Below, one piece after another: positions 60,212 to 64,000 of a stretch of DNA of 64,000 bases (positions within the stretch are counted from its first letter, which is position 1; every line of letters starts with the position of its first letter). The notes under the pieces were generated by a model. It searched no databases. It saw only the letters and a program-made list of their open reading frames with translations, and was not told where the DNA came from. The stretch is taken from assembly GCF_009914755.1 (NCBI RefSeq), contig NC_060928.1, one strand, 5' to 3'. Origin of the DNA: the human T2T-CHM13v2.0 reference genome, Homo sapiens. The position numbers and the translations under genes are program-made.

Positions 60212-62583
60212 AGAATTTCCTCCTTTTTAAGACAGGATAATATCCATTGCATGTATACATTACATTCTGTTTATCCATTCATCCATGGATGGACACTTAG
60301 GTTGCTTTCTGTTTACCTGTTTTTTAATAATGTTTTATTTACATTTCATTTGTCTCAGTTGACACATGAAAAGCTGTTGGAATATAACATTTTACCACCA
60401 ATTATATGCCCCTAATTTGGAGTCTCACACCCCAGTGGATAATCTGGGATGATTGAGAATTGAGATTTCTATAATTTATGGATACTTAATAATGTATGCT
60501 TTAATTTAAGATTTGAAAAAAGTCAGGAAAACCATGTCACCTTTAGGATAGGTCAACAATAATGGTTTGATTATAATTGTTCTTTCCAGTTAAACAATGA
60601 CAAAGCAACCCAGGTAAACCATACGTAGATTTCCTAGCAATGGAACTGAACGGAGTAAAAGGAGCTTAGGTTCTCTTCTATAAACTCCCAAGCTAAATGA
60701 GCTGGAATAAAAATCTAAACCTCTGTTTCCCCACTTGTCAAAGAAGGAGGTTGGACGAAAGACTCATTTTGTTTCTCTCGCTTGCTCAGTATCTTTGGCC
60801 CTTGTCACAGGCCATCTCTTTGCTCAAATATAAATCAAGTTTCGCAGTGTTTCTCACAAGTGCTCAAACTCACCTAACATCCGTCTTCTTGGAGAACAAA
60901 TATATTGATTTGGCAAAACCAACTTCTAAATCAAAAAGGACTTCTGCAATAGAAATTTGCATTGAGAAAATAAATATATGCCAGCAGGAAATATGGGCAA
61001 TGATTAGGAAATAAGCCGCTTTAACACACCTCAGTATTAAAGGGTATATTCACCAATTTGAAAGAAAAACATGTTTTCAAGTGCAGTCCCACAGTTCACT
61101 ACCTCCACTTTCTGTCAGCAGACCTTTCCCAGCTGTAACCACTGTTCAAAGGCTACATACATGTGTTTTGGACACAGGCACTGGGTCATAATTTGCTCTG
61201 TAATTCTAGATTTTATTTTCAAAATGGGAATTTTCAAGGGAGCAACTTGCATGCAGTATGCTTTTGGAGAGTTCTAAAGGTTAAATACAGTATCCAGGAA
61301 TTTTAAAGCCAAGGGACCTCTGAGTTGTCCCAAAGTATCTATTCATCATGAGCCTTTCATTTCACCCCAGGGCTTCAGCTAAATATATTGCATATAAAAA
61401 GTAATTTCTTTTTCTAGCTCTGTCCTCCTAGGACCTAGTCAAAAATCTGCATGGTATTTCCAAGGAACACACTTCCTTCTCTTATGCCATCCAGTTTCAG
61501 ATTTTTATTTGTGTTACTCCTCACAGTACAGAGACAATAGCTTCAAAATTGGAATCTCACAAAGCGTTTCTTCTAAAATCTCTGCTTCTTTAGTCCACTT
61601 TACACCGAGCTGATAAGAGCAGCCCAACCGGCAAGCGTTCCATGTACATCAGCAATATTTCCAGCCCACTTGGTTGACCCGGTTAGATCAAATCTGAAAG
61701 AATGTCAAGCTGTCTTGGAAGCAAACAAATAGGTGTAGCTGATCCCACACCCCTGTGAGTTGGACGGCTTCTTTTCTACTTGTAAATCTCTAGCAAATAA
61801 TTCCTGGGCATTTAGTGACTGGGTTTGTGTTTTCAAATCAATTTATATGGCTAAATGTACTGTTTAAAAGAAAATATTATTATGCAATGTTTTAGTATTG
61901 TAGAATGAGAGTTTCATATCTCAAAGGATAGATTTAATCTCAGCAAACCTGACTTTCCTTTGTGCTGCTGCTTCTCTTCTGAATGACTCTTATTTTTTCT
62001 TCTTGGTTCTATGTGGCTCTCTCAGTTCCTTAAAATCACTCTTATAAATTGGAAACAATTTAAAATGCATTCTAGGCCCTCATATGCCTATAATCACGCC
62101 ATTTTCCTGGATGATTTTCATCATTAAAGAGTCCCCTTTGTCACTGTCTTCTGCCTGGTCAGTTGTCATGTACGTTACAATGAAATTGTCGCACTGCTTT
62201 AATTGGAAGTCAGTATTCCCTCAACCCACTTACCTTGTGATCCAGCATCTACAATGTAATAGAGTTAAACTCTCAAGAGAACATCATCATGACCAACAAG
62301 GCAGAATCCCCGAGTTATTTTTGCCCAAACCAGCATTTCCTAAGTAGAGCCTGAGTTCACCACTACGTCCACGCATGGATATGCATAGATACCAACCTGG
62401 TTACAGAATGTTTGAATGGAAAACTTCCAAGTTGACTAAATATTTGTCTTTCAGGTATAATAGTGAGGAAACTGGTCTTAACTTGACTCTCCAGATAAAG
62501 GATTTTTCTGAAGCCATTCTAGCTCTATTTCTGGTGTCTTTACAAATTACATCCTATTAAAGTAGTCCTGGGATGATTGAGTC

Positions 62584-62948
62584 CAGATGCTCCTCAATTT
62601 ACAATACAGTTATGACCCTGATGAACCCATCATACCTTGAAATTATCATAAGTCAAAAATGCATTTAATGCATTTAATACACCTAACCTACCGAATACCA
62701 TAGCTTGGCCTAGCCTACCTTAAATGTGCTCAGAGCACTCACATTAGCCTTCTGCTGGGCAAAGTCACCTAACGGAAAGCTTATTTTGTAATAAAGTGTT
62801 GACTATCTTACGTAATGTTTTGAATACTGTACTGAAAGTGAAAAAGAAAATGGTTGCATGGGTGCTCGAAGCATGGTGACTACCGAGTGTTGATCGCTTT
62901 TGCACTGTATAAAGTCAAAAGATCTTAAGTCAAATAATAAAAAGTCTG
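62584..62948 (+). mobile_element. MER47A (TcMar-Tigger MITE)
   Basis: cagatgctcctcaatttacaat...aatgcatttaatacacctaacctaccgaa...tactgtactgaaagtgaaaa...gtctg+ta. Confidence 0.85.
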
Positions 62949-63151
62949 TACTTAATTGAACTAAAGAAAGTTTCAGTCAGTTAAAGATCTACATCAGGAA
63001 GAGAGACGAAGTGAGACTTTTGTAGAAAGAAAAGGGGGGGCATTCAAATAGCTGCAATGCTTACACACATTTTTAAATCATTGTAAAAGAAAACAAGATA
63101 ATTTCTGTGATTGGCCTGGAGGCTGATAATAAACTGTGTTGGTTTTAAGGC

Positions 63152-63170
63152 CTGCCTACAGGTGGCAGTG
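63152..63170 (+). promoter_or_regulatory. Candidate CTCF motif
   Basis: tgCCTACAGGTGGCAGtg resembles the CCACCAGGTGGCAG core; lies in non-repeat sequence; motif only. Confidence 0.35.
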
Positions 63171-63383
63171 CTGTTATCACATAATTCATCAGCAATGATT
63201 TGGCCCGTGCATCATTAGAAATCACTTTGAACATACATTGAGTGGCAGTGCCTTCTGCTAGTCACTGTTATCAGCAAACACTTCCTAAATGCTTACTGAG
63301 TGTGTGTGCAGTACTGTCCTTGGCTTGCCATTAGGTGTTTCCACCTGCAGCCATTTCCAAGACAAATCCTCATTGACTGATGA

Positions 63384-63729
<346 letters not shown>

Positions 63730-63752
63730 TAGCTTTTGTTTAAATGGCACAC

Positions 63753-64000
63753 TGATACGGTTTGTCTGTGTCCCCACCCAAATCTCACCTTGAATTTCCG
63801 CATGTTGTGAGAGGGGCCTGGTAGGAGGTAACTGAATCATGGAGGCAGGTCTTTCCTTTGCTGTTCTCATGATAGTGATTAAGTCTCATGAGATCTGATG
63901 GTTTTAAAAAGGGGAGTTTCCCTGCACAAGCTCTCTCTCTCTTTGGCTGCCGCCATCCACATAAGATGTGACTTGCTCCTCCTTGCCTTCTGCCATGATT
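63753..64000 (+). mobile_element. THE1A LTR, runs off the window end
   Basis: tgatacggtttgtctgtgtccccacccaaatctcaccttgaatt...gagtttccctgcacaagctctc. Confidence 0.9.

Overview
AT-rich, repeat-dense primate (human-like; AluJ/S/Y present) genomic DNA, intergenic or deep-intronic in character. I find no protein-coding gene, RNA gene or CRISPR array. The ORF track is explained by Alu, MaLR, L1, Tigger and ERV remnants or by chance. Contents: about 18 Alus; a complete THE1A MaLR with TSDs; THE1/MST/MLT solo LTRs; a split ERVL (HERV16/LTR16-type) provirus; Tigger1, MER53 and MER47A DNA transposons; two MER4-group ERV1 segments (one ending in a polyadenylated LTR8, one with an env TM remnant); several L1/L2/MIR pieces; and tandem repeats (73-bp VNTR, 142-bp triplication). 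Repeat family names come from recalled consensus sequences, not a database search. I see no new biological system. The best signals are structural. (1) An approximately 7.5-kb inversion between two oppositely oriented Alus (4309-4608 and 11968-12221), shown by a 15-bp TSD split across the two Alus and by restoration of a continuous ERVL sequence. (2) A large L1 internal deletion patched with about 70 bp copied from a specific AluJ 3.9 kb away. (3) An apparently L1-retroposed, polyadenylated LTR8/MER4-group ERV transcript.
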